This document shows positions 8,162 through 18,200 of a stretch of 64,000 nt of DNA, piece by piece. Below the pieces are notes generated by a model, which saw nothing but the letters and a program-made list of their open reading frames with translations, was not told the DNA's origin and searched no databases. Numbering within the stretch: position 1 is the first letter of the stretch; each line of letters starts with the position of its first letter. The DNA is from Alkalispirochaeta sp. (GTDB lineage: Bacteria; Spirochaetota; Spirochaetia; DSM-27196; Alkalispirochaetaceae): the NCBI GenBank assembly GCA_965242725.1, contig CBDESZ010000031.1:32001-96000 (forward strand), in the 5' to 3' direction. The position numbers and the translations under genes are program-made.

Positions 8162-10060
8162 ATGGAGACAAAGACGATTCCCCAGATACTGCAACAGATT
8201 GTAAACAGCTACCCCGACATCGCGGCGCAAATGAGCCGGAGCGAAGAAGGGCCGTTCACATCGCGCACGTACGCCGATCTGTATGGTGACGTCCAGATAT
8301 TCGCTGCAGGTCTGCGGAACCTTGGGGTGAAACGGGGTGATCACGTCGGTCTCATTTCGGAGAACAGAGTTGAGTGGTTTGTCACCGATCTCGCCGTATT
8401 GAGTCTCGGCGCTGCCGACGTACCGCGCGGGAATGACAGTACCGCCGATGAGCTCGCATTCATTCTTGGATTGCCTGAATGCGCCGTGGCGGTCGTCGAA
8501 AATGAGGGACAGCTGAAAAAGGTCCTGCATGTGGTCGATCAATTGCCGGCGCTGAAGCACCTTATTCTGCTTGAAGGTGAAATTGACGGAAAACCCGCCC
8601 GCGGCGTGAAGGGCCATCACTATTCCGAAGTATTTCAGGCGGGAGAGAAGCTGCTTGAAAAGGATCCGGCACTCATTGAGCAGGAAATTGCCGAAGGCGA
8701 ACCGGACGACGTGGCAACGATCATTTTCACCTCCGGGACAACGGGTGAACCAAAAGGTGTGATGCTGACGCACCGTAACTTCACGTATCAGGTGGGGTGC
8801 ATACCCGACCGGGTGCGCCTCGAGCCCGGAGATATCTGGCTGTGCGTCCTGCCGGTGTGGCACTCCTTTGAACGGATCGTGCAATACATCGCCCTTGGAA
8901 GCGCCACGACCCTGGCCTACTCCAAACCGATCGGAAAGATAATGCTCGCAGACATGGCGGAAATACGACCCAAGTGGATGGCGTCGGTCCCGCGCATATG
9001 GGAGGCGGTCCGGGCGGGTATTTACCGCAACATCCGCTCCCAGGGCGGTGCAAAGGAGGCACTATTTACCTTTTTTGTCTCAGTAGGCGGCACGCACAAG
9101 CACTTTTCCGACATGCTTCGCGGGCTCATTCCCGATTTTCGTCGCCGAAATCGGCTGGTTGACGCCCTCGTCGCGGTGGTGCCCCTCCTTCTATTGACTC
9201 CCCTGAAGGCGTTGGGAAATCTTCTGGTTTTCAAAAAGATCAAGGATAAGCTGGGAGGGCGCTTCGTCGCGGGCGTCTCCGGCGGCGGCGCTTTGCCCCC
9301 GGCGGTTGACGCATTTTTCGGTTCCGCGGGAGTCCTCCTTCTTGAAGGGTACGGCCTGACCGAGACGGCGCCGGTTCTAGCGGTTCGTCATCAAATGCGG
9401 CCCGTCCCCGGCACCGTCGGAGAGCTTCTCGGCGGAACGGAGTGTCAGATTCGCTCGGAGGAGGGGAGAATCCTTGCCCCCGGAGAAATGGGTATCATTT
9501 ATGTCCGTGGACCGCAGGTGATGCAGGGATATTACCGCCGACCGGCACTGACCAGCGCGGTCCTCGATGAGGACGGCTGGCTGAATACCGGCGACCTCGG
9601 CATGCTTTCCCATCGGGGTGAACTGAAAATCACCGGCCGCGCCAAAGATACGATCGTCCTCCTGGGCGGAGAAAACATCGAACCCCTGCCGATCGAGCAG
9701 AAACTGCAGGAAAGCGACCTTATTGAACGCGCCGTCGTCGTCGGACAGGACCAGAAATATCTCGCAGCCCTTATCTGTCCAAATATTGACGCCGTTACCG
9801 CCTATGCCGATGAGAACCACGTTCCCTACATGGAATCGGAAGACCTCCTTGAGAGTGAAGGAATTCGTGAACTGATCCAGGGGGAAGTGAGCAGCCTCGT
9901 GAATACCAGAACGGGGTTCAAGGGATTTGAGCTGATATACCGCACGACCCTCATTCCCGACGATTTCGAAGTTGGCAGAGAGCTGTCGGCAAAACAGGAG
10001 ATCAAACGCCACGTAATAGCCGAACGGTACCGCAAAGAGATCGACGCGCTGTTCAAGTGA
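8162..10060 (+). CDS. Long-chain fatty acid-CoA ligase (AMP-binding)
   Basis: FTSGTTGEPKG, EGYGLTE, TGDLG, GRAKD; promoter TTGCTT(8090)-N17-TATCAT(8113). Confidence 0.93.
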   Translation: METKTIPQILQQIVNSYPDIAAQMSRSEEGPFTSRTYADLYGDVQIFAAGLRNLGVKRGDHVGLISENRVEWFVTDLAVLSLGAADVPRGNDSTADELAFILGLPECAVAVVENEGQLKKVLHVVDQLPALKHLILLEGEIDGKPARGVKGHHYSEVFQAGEKLLEKDPALIEQEIAEGEPDDVATIIFTSGTTGEPKGVMLTHRNFTYQVGCIPDRVRLEPGDIWLCVLPVWHSFERIVQYIALGSATTLAYSKPIGKIMLADMAEIRPKWMASVPRIWEAVRAGIYRNIRSQGGAKEALFTFFVSVGGTHKHFSDMLRGLIPDFRRRNRLVDALVAVVPLLLLTPLKALGNLLVFKKIKDKLGGRFVAGVSGGGALPPAVDAFFGSAGVLLLEGYGLTETAPVLAVRHQMRPVPGTVGELLGGTECQIRSEEGRILAPGEMGIIYVRGPQVMQGYYRRPALTSAVLDEDGWLNTGDLGMLSHRGELKITGRAKDTIVLLGGENIEPLPIEQKLQESDLIERAVVVGQDQKYLAALICPNIDAVTAYADENHVPYMESEDLLESEGIRELIQGEVSSLVNTRTGFKGFELIYRTTLIPDDFEVGRELSAKQEIKRHVIAERYRKEIDALFK

Positions 10061-10106
10061 GTTCAAGTAAGGCGGCACATGCGGCGACGGTGTCCGGTCG
10101 GCGCGT

Positions 10107-10871
10107 TCACTCTGCCGCGCCGCTTCCCTCCATCACCTTCAACAGCGATTTCCATGCCGTGCCGCCCCGTTGCAACCCTTCGCCTTCAGCCTCGGCGGCA
10201 ATTTCCCGCCAGCGCCGGCGATGGTGGTCCCGCAACCATGGTGACACCATGGGGATTCTGTTGATGACGCCGCGACCGGCGACGTGCACCAGGGTTCGGT
10301 AGTGGGGAATGCACAGGCCCGTTCCGCCCTCCACTGCGTCGCGGAGGGTGACGTCGCCCTGATGCCTCAGAAGATTGCGTACAAATTGTTCGTTCCACCG
10401 TTCAATACGATCGCAAAGGGGACAATCGTGACGCGACGCGTGACGGCCTCGTTCGGCGGGGGTATGTTTCCCGTTCCGGGACTTTCGACGCCCGTTGACC
10501 CGTCGGAGCGATGAGGCAACGCCTTCCATGGCTGCGGATACCGGCGGGCCCAGCACCGGCAACAGCAAAACGCGCCGTTTCCGGCGTTCTATCCTGTCAA
10601 TCCAGGCGATGCGATGGGAGAGAAGGGGACCGTACAGCACCGTGACTGCCAGGCCGTCACGATGTCGTGAAAAATCGGCGACGTGGCGCGGACAGAATCC
10701 ATCGGTGGAAAGAAAGGCGTCCTGAAAACCTTCCGTACCGATTTGACCGTACAGAACGGAATCCCAGAATGCCTTTTCGGCTCGTGCCAGATACCCGCAG
10801 AGAGGACAGTCCTCCCGGTGGTCGCGAAACGACGCGAGGACCGCGTGATAGTCAATATGCGGCAATGCCAT
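10107..10871 (-). CDS. DUF6062-like putative Zn-binding protein
   Basis: Two halves, each CPLC...G(F/L)C..H. Confidence 0.7.
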   Translation of the reverse strand: MALPHIDYHAVLASFRDHREDCPLCGYLARAEKAFWDSVLYGQIGTEGFQDAFLSTDGFCPRHVADFSRHRDGLAVTVLYGPLLSHRIAWIDRIERRKRRVLLLPVLGPPVSAAMEGVASSLRRVNGRRKSRNGKHTPAERGRHASRHDCPLCDRIERWNEQFVRNLLRHQGDVTLRDAVEGGTGLCIPHYRTLVHVAGRGVINRIPMVSPWLRDHHRRRWREIAAEAEGEGLQRGGTAWKSLLKVMEGSGAAE

Positions 10872-10976
10872 GGGTCAGAGTAGAAGTCGCTGCCGGAGAG
10901 GTCAAGGGAATCGGCTTGTACCCCCGATTCCTCTCCCTGCAACGTCACTTCCCCATCTTCCTTCACAAATCCAAAG

Positions 10977-10995
10977 ACCGCCCCACAGGGGCGGT
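10977..10995 (-). terminator. Intrinsic terminator after the helicase gene
   Basis: ACCGCCCC/GGGGCGGT stem followed by TCTTT on the minus strand. Confidence 0.6.
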
Positions 10996-11008
10996 GACGC
11001 ATCGGAAC

Positions 11009-12445
11009 TTACCGGGTGCGGGGACGGGCGGCGCGGCCGTTGGAGCGGCGACCGCCGCCCGAGTCGCGACCGCCACCGGAAAACCCATTCCCTCCCGGAC
11101 GTCCGCCTCCGTTACGACGGCTCTGTCCGCCGCCGCGATTTGGTCCTCCATTGGAACGCTTCCGTTGCGGTGCCGGCGGCTCCTGATGGTAGACGTGGTT
11201 GGCATCCACGTCGACGGCTCCGCCCAGCAGCGCCTCAATTCGTCGAAAATCCTGCAGCTCCTCGCGGTCGCAGAAGCTCAGCGCCTCTCCCTCCATGCCG
11301 GCCCGGGCGGTCCGTCCGATGCGGTGAACGTACGTCTCCGGTTCGTTTGGAATTTCGTAGTTGATGACATGGGTTATGTCGTCCACGTCAATTCCCCTGG
11401 CGGCGACATCGGTTCCTACCAGAGCCTGAATCCTGCCCCGACGGAAACTCTCAAGCGCCCGCTGACGCTGGTTTTGCGTCCTGTTCCCGTGGATCTCATC
11501 GGAAGGGATACCCGCCTTTGAGAGGATCTTGGACACCCGCGCCGCGCGATGTTTTGTTCGAGTGAAGACAAGGACGCGAAACATCCCCCGTTCCTTGATC
11601 AGATCGGGCAGGAAGGAAATCTTGTCCTCCCGGTTCATGTGAAAGACGCTCTGCTTAATGCCCCTGGCAACCACCTTTCGGGGCGCGATTGCAACACGGG
11701 CGGCATTCGTACCGAGGAGTTCCTCCGCCAGATGCTCAATCTCCACCGGCATCGTCGCGGAAAAGAGTGCCGTCTGCTTCCTGTTCGCCACCATCGCGGC
11801 GATCCTGCGAACCTCGGGAATAAACCCCATGTCCAGCATGCGGTCGGCCTCATCAAGAATCAGGAACTCCACCCCGGAAAGATCGATGGCGTGCTCGGAA
11901 ATGAAATCCTGCAGACGCCCCGGCGTGGCGGTAAGCACCACCGGATTGCGGCGCAGCCCTTCAAGCTGTCGCCCCTTCGGCGCGCCGCCAAAAACGGCGA
12001 GATGGGAAATACCGCTGCCCCGTCCGTAGGTGGCCACGCTCGTGTCGATTTGAATCGCCAGCTCCCTCGTCGGCGCGAGAATGAGTGCTCTCGGACGGGC
12101 GGGGCCGCTGCGTCCCCTGTTTTTGTTTGTCGAACGCCCGGCGTCACGTCCGGCGTGACCGCCTCTGCCGTGACCGGTACCGCTTCGGGAGGCGCTTTCA
12201 GCGTTTCCAACCGGAAGGTCGTTACCGTCTTCCCGCCCCGTCGACATGAGAATATGAAGCAGAGGAAGGGTAAACGCCGCGGTCTTGCCGGTACCGGTCT
12301 GCGCGGTTCCGAGGAGGTTGACTCCCGTAAGCAGTGTCGGAATTGCCTGAGCCTGAATGTCCGTCGGCTGGGTATATCCCTCGCGGGTAACTGCCGCGAC
12401 CAGAGCCTCCGACAGTCCGAGCTCGGAAAAAGAATGAGATTGCAT
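11009..12445 (-). CDS. DEAD-box RNA helicase (RhlE-like)
   Basis: Q motif, AQTGTGKT, PTRELA, DEAD, SAT, HRIGRTAR; Gly/Arg-rich tail. Confidence 0.95.
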   Translation of the reverse strand: MQSHSFSELGLSEALVAAVTREGYTQPTDIQAQAIPTLLTGVNLLGTAQTGTGKTAAFTLPLLHILMSTGREDGNDLPVGNAESASRSGTGHGRGGHAGRDAGRSTNKNRGRSGPARPRALILAPTRELAIQIDTSVATYGRGSGISHLAVFGGAPKGRQLEGLRRNPVVLTATPGRLQDFISEHAIDLSGVEFLILDEADRMLDMGFIPEVRRIAAMVANRKQTALFSATMPVEIEHLAEELLGTNAARVAIAPRKVVARGIKQSVFHMNREDKISFLPDLIKERGMFRVLVFTRTKHRAARVSKILSKAGIPSDEIHGNRTQNQRQRALESFRRGRIQALVGTDVAARGIDVDDITHVINYEIPNEPETYVHRIGRTARAGMEGEALSFCDREELQDFRRIEALLGGAVDVDANHVYHQEPPAPQRKRSNGGPNRGGGQSRRNGGGRPGGNGFSGGGRDSGGGRRSNGRAARPRTR

Positions 12446-12691
12446 AATAGTCCTTTGTGAGTGAAACACGTCCCGCAGAGGGTCCACCAGATAATGTACG
12501 GAGGAAGGAGCGTCTTCTGGAGGAAAACGCGTGCTGAACGAAAGGATTCGTGCAAAATCCTGCGGGTTCGGCCAGGTCAGTCAACCGTTGCAATAAAAGA
12601 ACATAAAAAGAGCTTTCGTGTCAACATTGGTAACAATAATGTCACCGGCAGGTGTTACACTATAAAATACACAATCACAAAGGAGATCCGT

Positions 12692-13048
12692 ATGGGAGAA
12701 GTAGAACAGACGATTAACGCCGCCATAGAACAGGTAAAGGAATTGCTTACATCAGGCCGTGTCGTGGGTGATCCGATCAAGATCGGCGATGCCACAATCA
12801 TTCCCCTGGTGAGTATCGGATTCGGCTTTGGCGGCGGCGGATCAAAGGAAGAGAGCGAAGGTCGCGGCGCCGGAGCAGGGGGAGGCGTAAAGCCGGTAGC
12901 CCTTGTTGTTGCGGACAAAGACGGAGTACGGGTGGAACCGATTAAATCGATGGGTTCTTCCTTTGCCGCCTCGGTATCCGAGATCGTACGCACCGTTGCC
13001 GAAAATAAAGATGCCTTTCAGAAAAAGGATGATTCAGACAAGAAATAG
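12692..13048 (+). CDS. GerW/YtfJ family protein
   Basis: VVGDPI..GDATIIPLVSIGFGFGGGG...GAGAGGGVKPVA; AAGGAG SD. Confidence 0.85.
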   Translation: MGEVEQTINAAIEQVKELLTSGRVVGDPIKIGDATIIPLVSIGFGFGGGGSKEESEGRGAGAGGGVKPVALVVADKDGVRVEPIKSMGSSFAASVSEIVRTVAENKDAFQKKDDSDKK

Positions 13049-13051
13049 CGT

Positions 13052-13627
13052 ATGATCGTCCTCTGGATCGTCGGAAGTCTTGTCCTTTTTATTGTGCTCC
13101 TTCTCGCGGTACCCCTGGCGGTCGTATATGAACGTCCCGCTGAAGGGGATCCCGTGAAGATTGAGGTGTCCTGGCTGTACGGCGTCGTGCACATTCGTCT
13201 TACCGGCCGGCGCCCCCGGCCCGGTCCGGAAAAGGAGGAGCGCCGTGACGCGGCGGAAGGGGAGGAGAAAAAGAGGAAAAAGAAATTTTCCCTCCCCGAC
13301 GACGTCTCCGCAGCCGTCCGGGCATTCGGGCACCTCGTCCGGCGGATCATCGGGGCGATAGAACTGTCCCTGCAGGGGGATCTCTTCCTCGGCCTTGCCA
13401 ATCCGGCGGATACCGGAGCCGTTTGGGGAATGTCCCTGCCTCTCATCATGTGGATAGAAGAACGGACGGACCTGCACATATATCCCCATTTCTTCGGTCT
13501 CCGGTGCGACTACATCGGCAGGGGAAGGGTTGGAATGGTGCCCCTCAGGGTAGTGATTCCCGTCATCGCCTTCGTCGTCTCAACGCAGGGTCGGGCGCTG
13601 TTGCGGGCGTTCAGGAGTTCATCATGA
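13052..13627 (+). CDS. DUF2953 (YtfI-like) membrane-anchored protein
   Basis: N-terminal TM segment; GLANPADTGAVWG motif; adjacent to gerW. Confidence 0.75.
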   Translation: MIVLWIVGSLVLFIVLLLAVPLAVVYERPAEGDPVKIEVSWLYGVVHIRLTGRRPRPGPEKEERRDAAEGEEKKRKKKFSLPDDVSAAVRAFGHLVRRIIGAIELSLQGDLFLGLANPADTGAVWGMSLPLIMWIEERTDLHIYPHFFGLRCDYIGRGRVGMVPLRVVIPVIAFVVSTQGRALLRAFRSSS

Positions 13628-13848
13628 TGCATGCTTCGTCGGTACGCGTCGTAACTCCGGCGATTACCCTCGGAGACGCGACCATAACCGTCACCTACGA
13701 GATACACGTCGTCGCGGTCGCCCATTTCCCCGGAACCGTCGGTGGTCTCGAGGCGGAACCCCGGAGCGTAACGGTCACCTCTTCCGGGGACGGACGGACC
13801 CTGGTACTTGCCGTAGGGGATGACGGTACTTCTGTCGCCGGGGAATAA
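13624..13848 (+). CDS. Small hypothetical protein, possibly a divergent YtfJ-like paralog
   Basis: ATGA overlap with the upstream stop; PAITLGDATIT resembles PIKIGDATII of the GerW homolog. Confidence 0.5.
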   Translation: MMHASSVRVVTPAITLGDATITVTYEIHVVAVAHFPGTVGGLEAEPRSVTVTSSGDGRTLVLAVGDDGTSVAGE

Positions 13849-14034
13849 TGTCCTTCCTGCACGCGCAATCGAACTGCAGTGACATCCCGTAACTTATCCG
13901 CCCGTGATCCATCGTTGTCTTTTACCAATCGTAACTTACTTTTTTTGTAGCCCGCCCTACATATTGACAATACTGTGTTGATCAGGATGTTGAATTCCCC
14001 GCGAATGGTGTATATTTAAGACGGTTTACATAAG

Positions 14035-15705
14035 ATGCGGCGTAATAGGACGATTGACGCGTGTCTCGTTCCGTTAGTCCTTTTCATCTTTGTCAGTTCT
14101 TGTGTTTTACCCACCATTTCGAGCAGCGGCGTAGGACGGGATACAAAAGAAACTCCCTCATTTCAGTCCGGAACGGTACTTACCCAATACGGAAACTACA
14201 TTTACGCTCTTTCAAGCGACGGCGGGACGGACACGACGGTGAGCAGCGTCGCGATCGATTCCTCTTCCTTCGACGGAATACATGAGGACAGATGGTTTTC
14301 CCAGATCTCCGTACCGGAATACCGGGATCACGCAGCAGTTTTTACCGTCGGAAACAAAGTATATGTACTCGGAGGATATGATCGGTCCGGCCGTCCACGG
14401 GCGGATATTTTTTATACCTACATACGACAGAGCGACGGCCGCCTCGGATATGGTGTCCCGGGGGAATGGATGCGCAATCCTCGATCCCTTCCCTGGGGTC
14501 TTGCCGATACTGCATGGCTTGTTCACGACGGTACGGTTTTCCTTTTTGGAGGAAAGTCGGTACGTGGAGACGAAGACACCGTCTTGCGGGCGCGTATGTA
14601 TGCCGACGGACAGCTTGGGTACTGGTATACGAGCAAGTTCAAACTCACCTCCCCGAGACGGGGCGGCGACGCCGAGGTGTGGAACCGTCTGGGCGAGACG
14701 ATGGCGCTGGTCGCCGGCGGGGCGTCCGGTGGTCGGCCGGTAGATACGATCGATAGTTTTATTCTCGCATCAAGCGGATACATAACATCGATGATCCCTT
14801 CGTACGGACGTATGCCGTCGCCGACGTATTCTCCCCTTCTTCTATCCGACGGCGATGAATTGCTTCTTGGAAGCAACTTCCATGGGGAAAGTCCGGAACA
14901 CCGCTGGTATCGCTCCTCCGATGGAACGGAGTGGACTCCGATAGCTCGGTACGCTTCTGAAATCGCAGATTCTTCCCATGTTCGGAACTCGCAATCGGTG
15001 ATCTATCTCAGCAGGAATTCCGAAACTGACGGTTCGCTTGTAAAACGTGACATGAGCCTTACGCCGGCTCCTCCCGTCGTCCATCCAGGATCCGGTGTCA
15101 TCGCCCCAAACACTCCGATTCGGATTGCATCGGAGCCGGGGACGACGGTGCACTACCGTGTCGGTTTCTACGATGAAGATACCACGTCCGTTGATCGGAC
15201 TGATCCCATCTGGAACGACGGCGGTACGGTGACATCCGATCTATCCTATGTGTTCAGAGCCTTCGCGTCGGACGGCGAGGCGTCGTCTCCGGTGAGTCGT
15301 CGCTATCGGGTAAACGACAGGGGCCTTTTCATTGATGCGCAGGATCTGCCGGTACCGGACGGGAACCCCGAAAACGGCGTCGTCATTCCGGGCGGATGGT
15401 ATCGATTCAGTCCTGGCGGTGGCTCCTATGAGTTCTTCATAGCGCCGATGGACTATGACGAGGAATCTTTCAACGGTGTTCGTCCGCTTCTGAGCCTCTT
15501 TGAGCCGGATTTACAGACGCCGGTCTTGAATACGCTTGGAAATGCGATAGTCGATCTCGAGACGGACTTCGACATTCCGGTTGCATTTGATATTCCGCAA
15601 GGGGCGTTTTATTTCAACATACGTTCGGCAACCGACGGCTCCGGAGAATCGGAATCATACAGGATTTCGATCGTAAAGAAAGAGGAGGGGGCTGGTGGTA
15701 TGTAG
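14035..15705 (+). CDS. Lipoprotein with Kelch-like beta-propeller and Fn3-associated/chitobiase-like domain
   Basis: Lipobox VSSC; repeated VYVLGG/VFLFGG/ALVAGG; PAPPVVHPGSG...TTVHYR. Confidence 0.65.
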   Translation: MRRNRTIDACLVPLVLFIFVSSCVLPTISSSGVGRDTKETPSFQSGTVLTQYGNYIYALSSDGGTDTTVSSVAIDSSSFDGIHEDRWFSQISVPEYRDHAAVFTVGNKVYVLGGYDRSGRPRADIFYTYIRQSDGRLGYGVPGEWMRNPRSLPWGLADTAWLVHDGTVFLFGGKSVRGDEDTVLRARMYADGQLGYWYTSKFKLTSPRRGGDAEVWNRLGETMALVAGGASGGRPVDTIDSFILASSGYITSMIPSYGRMPSPTYSPLLLSDGDELLLGSNFHGESPEHRWYRSSDGTEWTPIARYASEIADSSHVRNSQSVIYLSRNSETDGSLVKRDMSLTPAPPVVHPGSGVIAPNTPIRIASEPGTTVHYRVGFYDEDTTSVDRTDPIWNDGGTVTSDLSYVFRAFASDGEASSPVSRRYRVNDRGLFIDAQDLPVPDGNPENGVVIPGGWYRFSPGGGSYEFFIAPMDYDEESFNGVRPLLSLFEPDLQTPVLNTLGNAIVDLETDFDIPVAFDIPQGAFYFNIRSATDGSGESESYRISIVKKEEGAGGM

Positions 15706-15780
15706 AAATGAAGAGTGCTGAAAGGAAGGAAATGCAGGCGATAGCATGTGATATCGCGGACGCAGAGAAAGAGGCAGGTG

Positions 15781-16296
15781 ATGAAGCAAAAAATCGTTTT
15801 ATTTGGAGTCCTCGTCCTGACGCTATTGTTGCTCATTACGGCATGTGAAGAAGTAGTAAGCCCCCAAGAAGAGGGCGGTCCATTCCGGGTTACCTACCAT
15901 GAGAACGGCGCAAGTGGAAGTCCTCCCATTGACGGAAGTCTCTATGCAGAAGGGGCGACGGTAACGGTGCTGGGCAACGTCGGCTCTCCACCGTTGTCGA
16001 GAACGGGATATGCATTTGACGGGTGGAATACCCGACAGGACGGCCTCGGTACGGCCCGGGATCCCGGTTCGACATTTCCAATGCCAGCCTCCGATGTCGC
16101 TCTCCATGCCATGTGGAGGGATGACTCTTCCGGAGGTGACACCGGGGAAATCGATATCGTCGTGGACGACGGAGGTTCAGGCGAAGAGACCGGCGAAATA
16201 GTGGTCGTGATAGATGATGCAGATGAAGCTGGCGAGATTGACGTCGTCGTCAGTGACAATGTCACGTCGGGCAGCATTGGTGTGGAAGTGGAGTAG
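15781..16296 (+). CDS. Lipoprotein with InlB B-repeat (Listeria-Bacteroides repeat) and acidic repeated C-terminal strands
   Basis: Lipobox ITAC; VTYHENGA.G..P.D...Y..G..VTV...RTGY.F.GWNT..DG.G...L.A.W. Confidence 0.8.
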   Translation: MKQKIVLFGVLVLTLLLLITACEEVVSPQEEGGPFRVTYHENGASGSPPIDGSLYAEGATVTVLGNVGSPPLSRTGYAFDGWNTRQDGLGTARDPGSTFPMPASDVALHAMWRDDSSGGDTGEIDIVVDDGGSGEETGEIVVVIDDADEAGEIDVVVSDNVTSGSIGVEVE

Positions 16297-16310
16297 AGGA
16301 GAGGAACACG

Positions 16311-18110
16311 ATGTTAAAAAGAAGAGTGTGGTTGCTGAGTATTGCTGTTGCAATACTCGCGGTTATCGGGTGTGCGAACCCCTTCACCGGAGAAAACGTC
16401 GAGACCAACGGGGACGGAGATGTCGGGGGCGCCTCAATATCAGTATCCGTCGGTGGAAGCCCCGGCGGGGCGTTCAGTACATCATCGATCAGCGATGATC
16501 CCGAGGTCGATTGGGTCCAGATCATCGTATATGACCAGGACGATGCATATGTTACGGACGAGACGCTGTACTTTGACGGAGAATCGTGGAGCGGGACGAT
16601 TACGGGACTCCCTACGGGACTCCTGACGTTTGTCGCTCACGGCGTCTCGGAAATTCAGGTAGGCGAATATGACTGGTGGGAAGAGGTCCTCTATTTTGGT
16701 GAAGCCGACCGAAATATCGATCCCGGTCAAAACGGAACGCTCACCATCGCGGCCGGTTCCGTTGCCGACCTCGTCGCCAACGTGACGGTCACCGATATAC
16801 CGACAGATATGGGGGTGTTCGGGGCCTTCATCGGCCTCGTCGGGACCGATTTTGACCTCCAGACTGACATCATCGACCCATATGTCGCGTCCGGATATGA
16901 CGAGGAGGCGCTTGATAACGCGGCGTCCCAGGTTTTTGTTGCCGGGAGCGAAGTTCCCGTCAGCGGCAGCTCGGTTACGGTCAACCTCTTTGATTTTTCC
17001 GGTACCTGGCCGTGGAAGGAAATCGGCGAGTATAACGTCGTTGTGATGCTGGAAATGGAAAACGGTTCGTTTCTGCCCGGAAATATCGCGGAGGGTGAGT
17101 TTGTTCCGTATCTGGGTACTGTGACGATGACTGATCCCGGTTACACGGGAAGCGTCTCCCTTTCAGGAGCAACTACCTACAAGGACTTTTTTGAAGTACT
17201 TGCTGCCGGTTCAAGCATCACCGTTGATGTAAGTAATATCGATACGGGCAGTTTCGTTCGTAATACCGGATATGAAGGTTCTTCGCTGTTCCTGGGTGCA
17301 GCGATATTCGACGCGTCGACGGTCCTCATTGATCAGCTGACCGGGGAAGTCGATCAAAGTATTGAACCTGTTGCTATGGGATTTACAACGATTTCCGTCG
17401 AAGACACCGCGGCGTCCTTCGTGATCTGGGACGGGACTATCGATGGCGGTGACGGAGAGGACGATGGACCTCCCATGCCGTGGCTCGGTACACCGGGAGA
17501 CTACGTTGTCTATTTGATCATTGGTGCCCCCGAATCGGGACTCATGTATCTCGGTAGTCAGTATGACGAGTCGTTTGAAATGGATGTGCCCTACGACTTT
17601 CCCGTTACCCTTGTGGAGATTCCGGACACCTGGGAGATCGATGCGACGGGAGTCGATTTCAATTATTCCCTGACATCTGTCGACTTCGACGTAACCGATT
17701 CGGCTCTCACCGGTGATGCCTATGGATATATGGAGTTTGAGTTCTATTCCGGTAATTCCGAGTACGGGTACAATACCGATGTCACCCTCTATCCGTCGGC
17801 AGAGACGTACATACCCGAGGCGTACTTCTGGTTCAACGACAATAGCGATACCATAGCGCTGGATGCAGGAACGTACACCCTGAATGAACTGGGCGGCCCG
17901 ATGACCCTTGAAGAGGTTGAGTTCGGTATCGATGATTACACCTGGATCGGGTCCTGGTCCGGTGAGATTGTGTCGGGAAACGTAACGGTAACGGAGACCG
18001 ACGGCACATATACCTTTACCTGGACCTTTACGACTTCCGGAGACGAAACGATATCGGGAAGCTACACCGGCAATGTCGACGCCGAATACGTCGAGTCAGC
18101 GCAATCGTAG
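16311..18110 (+). CDS. Large acidic beta-rich lipoprotein, multi-Ig-like
   Basis: Lipobox VIGC; GAGGAGG SD; very D/E/T-rich and almost no K/R. Confidence 0.75.
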   Translation: MLKRRVWLLSIAVAILAVIGCANPFTGENVETNGDGDVGGASISVSVGGSPGGAFSTSSISDDPEVDWVQIIVYDQDDAYVTDETLYFDGESWSGTITGLPTGLLTFVAHGVSEIQVGEYDWWEEVLYFGEADRNIDPGQNGTLTIAAGSVADLVANVTVTDIPTDMGVFGAFIGLVGTDFDLQTDIIDPYVASGYDEEALDNAASQVFVAGSEVPVSGSSVTVNLFDFSGTWPWKEIGEYNVVVMLEMENGSFLPGNIAEGEFVPYLGTVTMTDPGYTGSVSLSGATTYKDFFEVLAAGSSITVDVSNIDTGSFVRNTGYEGSSLFLGAAIFDASTVLIDQLTGEVDQSIEPVAMGFTTISVEDTAASFVIWDGTIDGGDGEDDGPPMPWLGTPGDYVVYLIIGAPESGLMYLGSQYDESFEMDVPYDFPVTLVEIPDTWEIDATGVDFNYSLTSVDFDVTDSALTGDAYGYMEFEFYSGNSEYGYNTDVTLYPSAETYIPEAYFWFNDNSDTIALDAGTYTLNELGGPMTLEEVEFGIDDYTWIGSWSGEIVSGNVTVTETDGTYTFTWTFTTSGDETISGSYTGNVDAEYVESAQS

Positions 18111-18121
18111 TACCTTTTGTG

Positions 18122-18149
18122 CGCAGGCATGCCCGACGGCATGCCTGCG
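18122..18149. terminator. Hairpin between convergent genes (putative bidirectional terminator)
   Basis: CGCAGGCATGCC-cgac-GGCATGCCTGCG. Confidence 0.7.
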
Positions 18150-18200
18150 TTGTTCTCTGTTGCAGCCGGGTCAGAGCTGCGGAACTGATCGAACGTCCGG

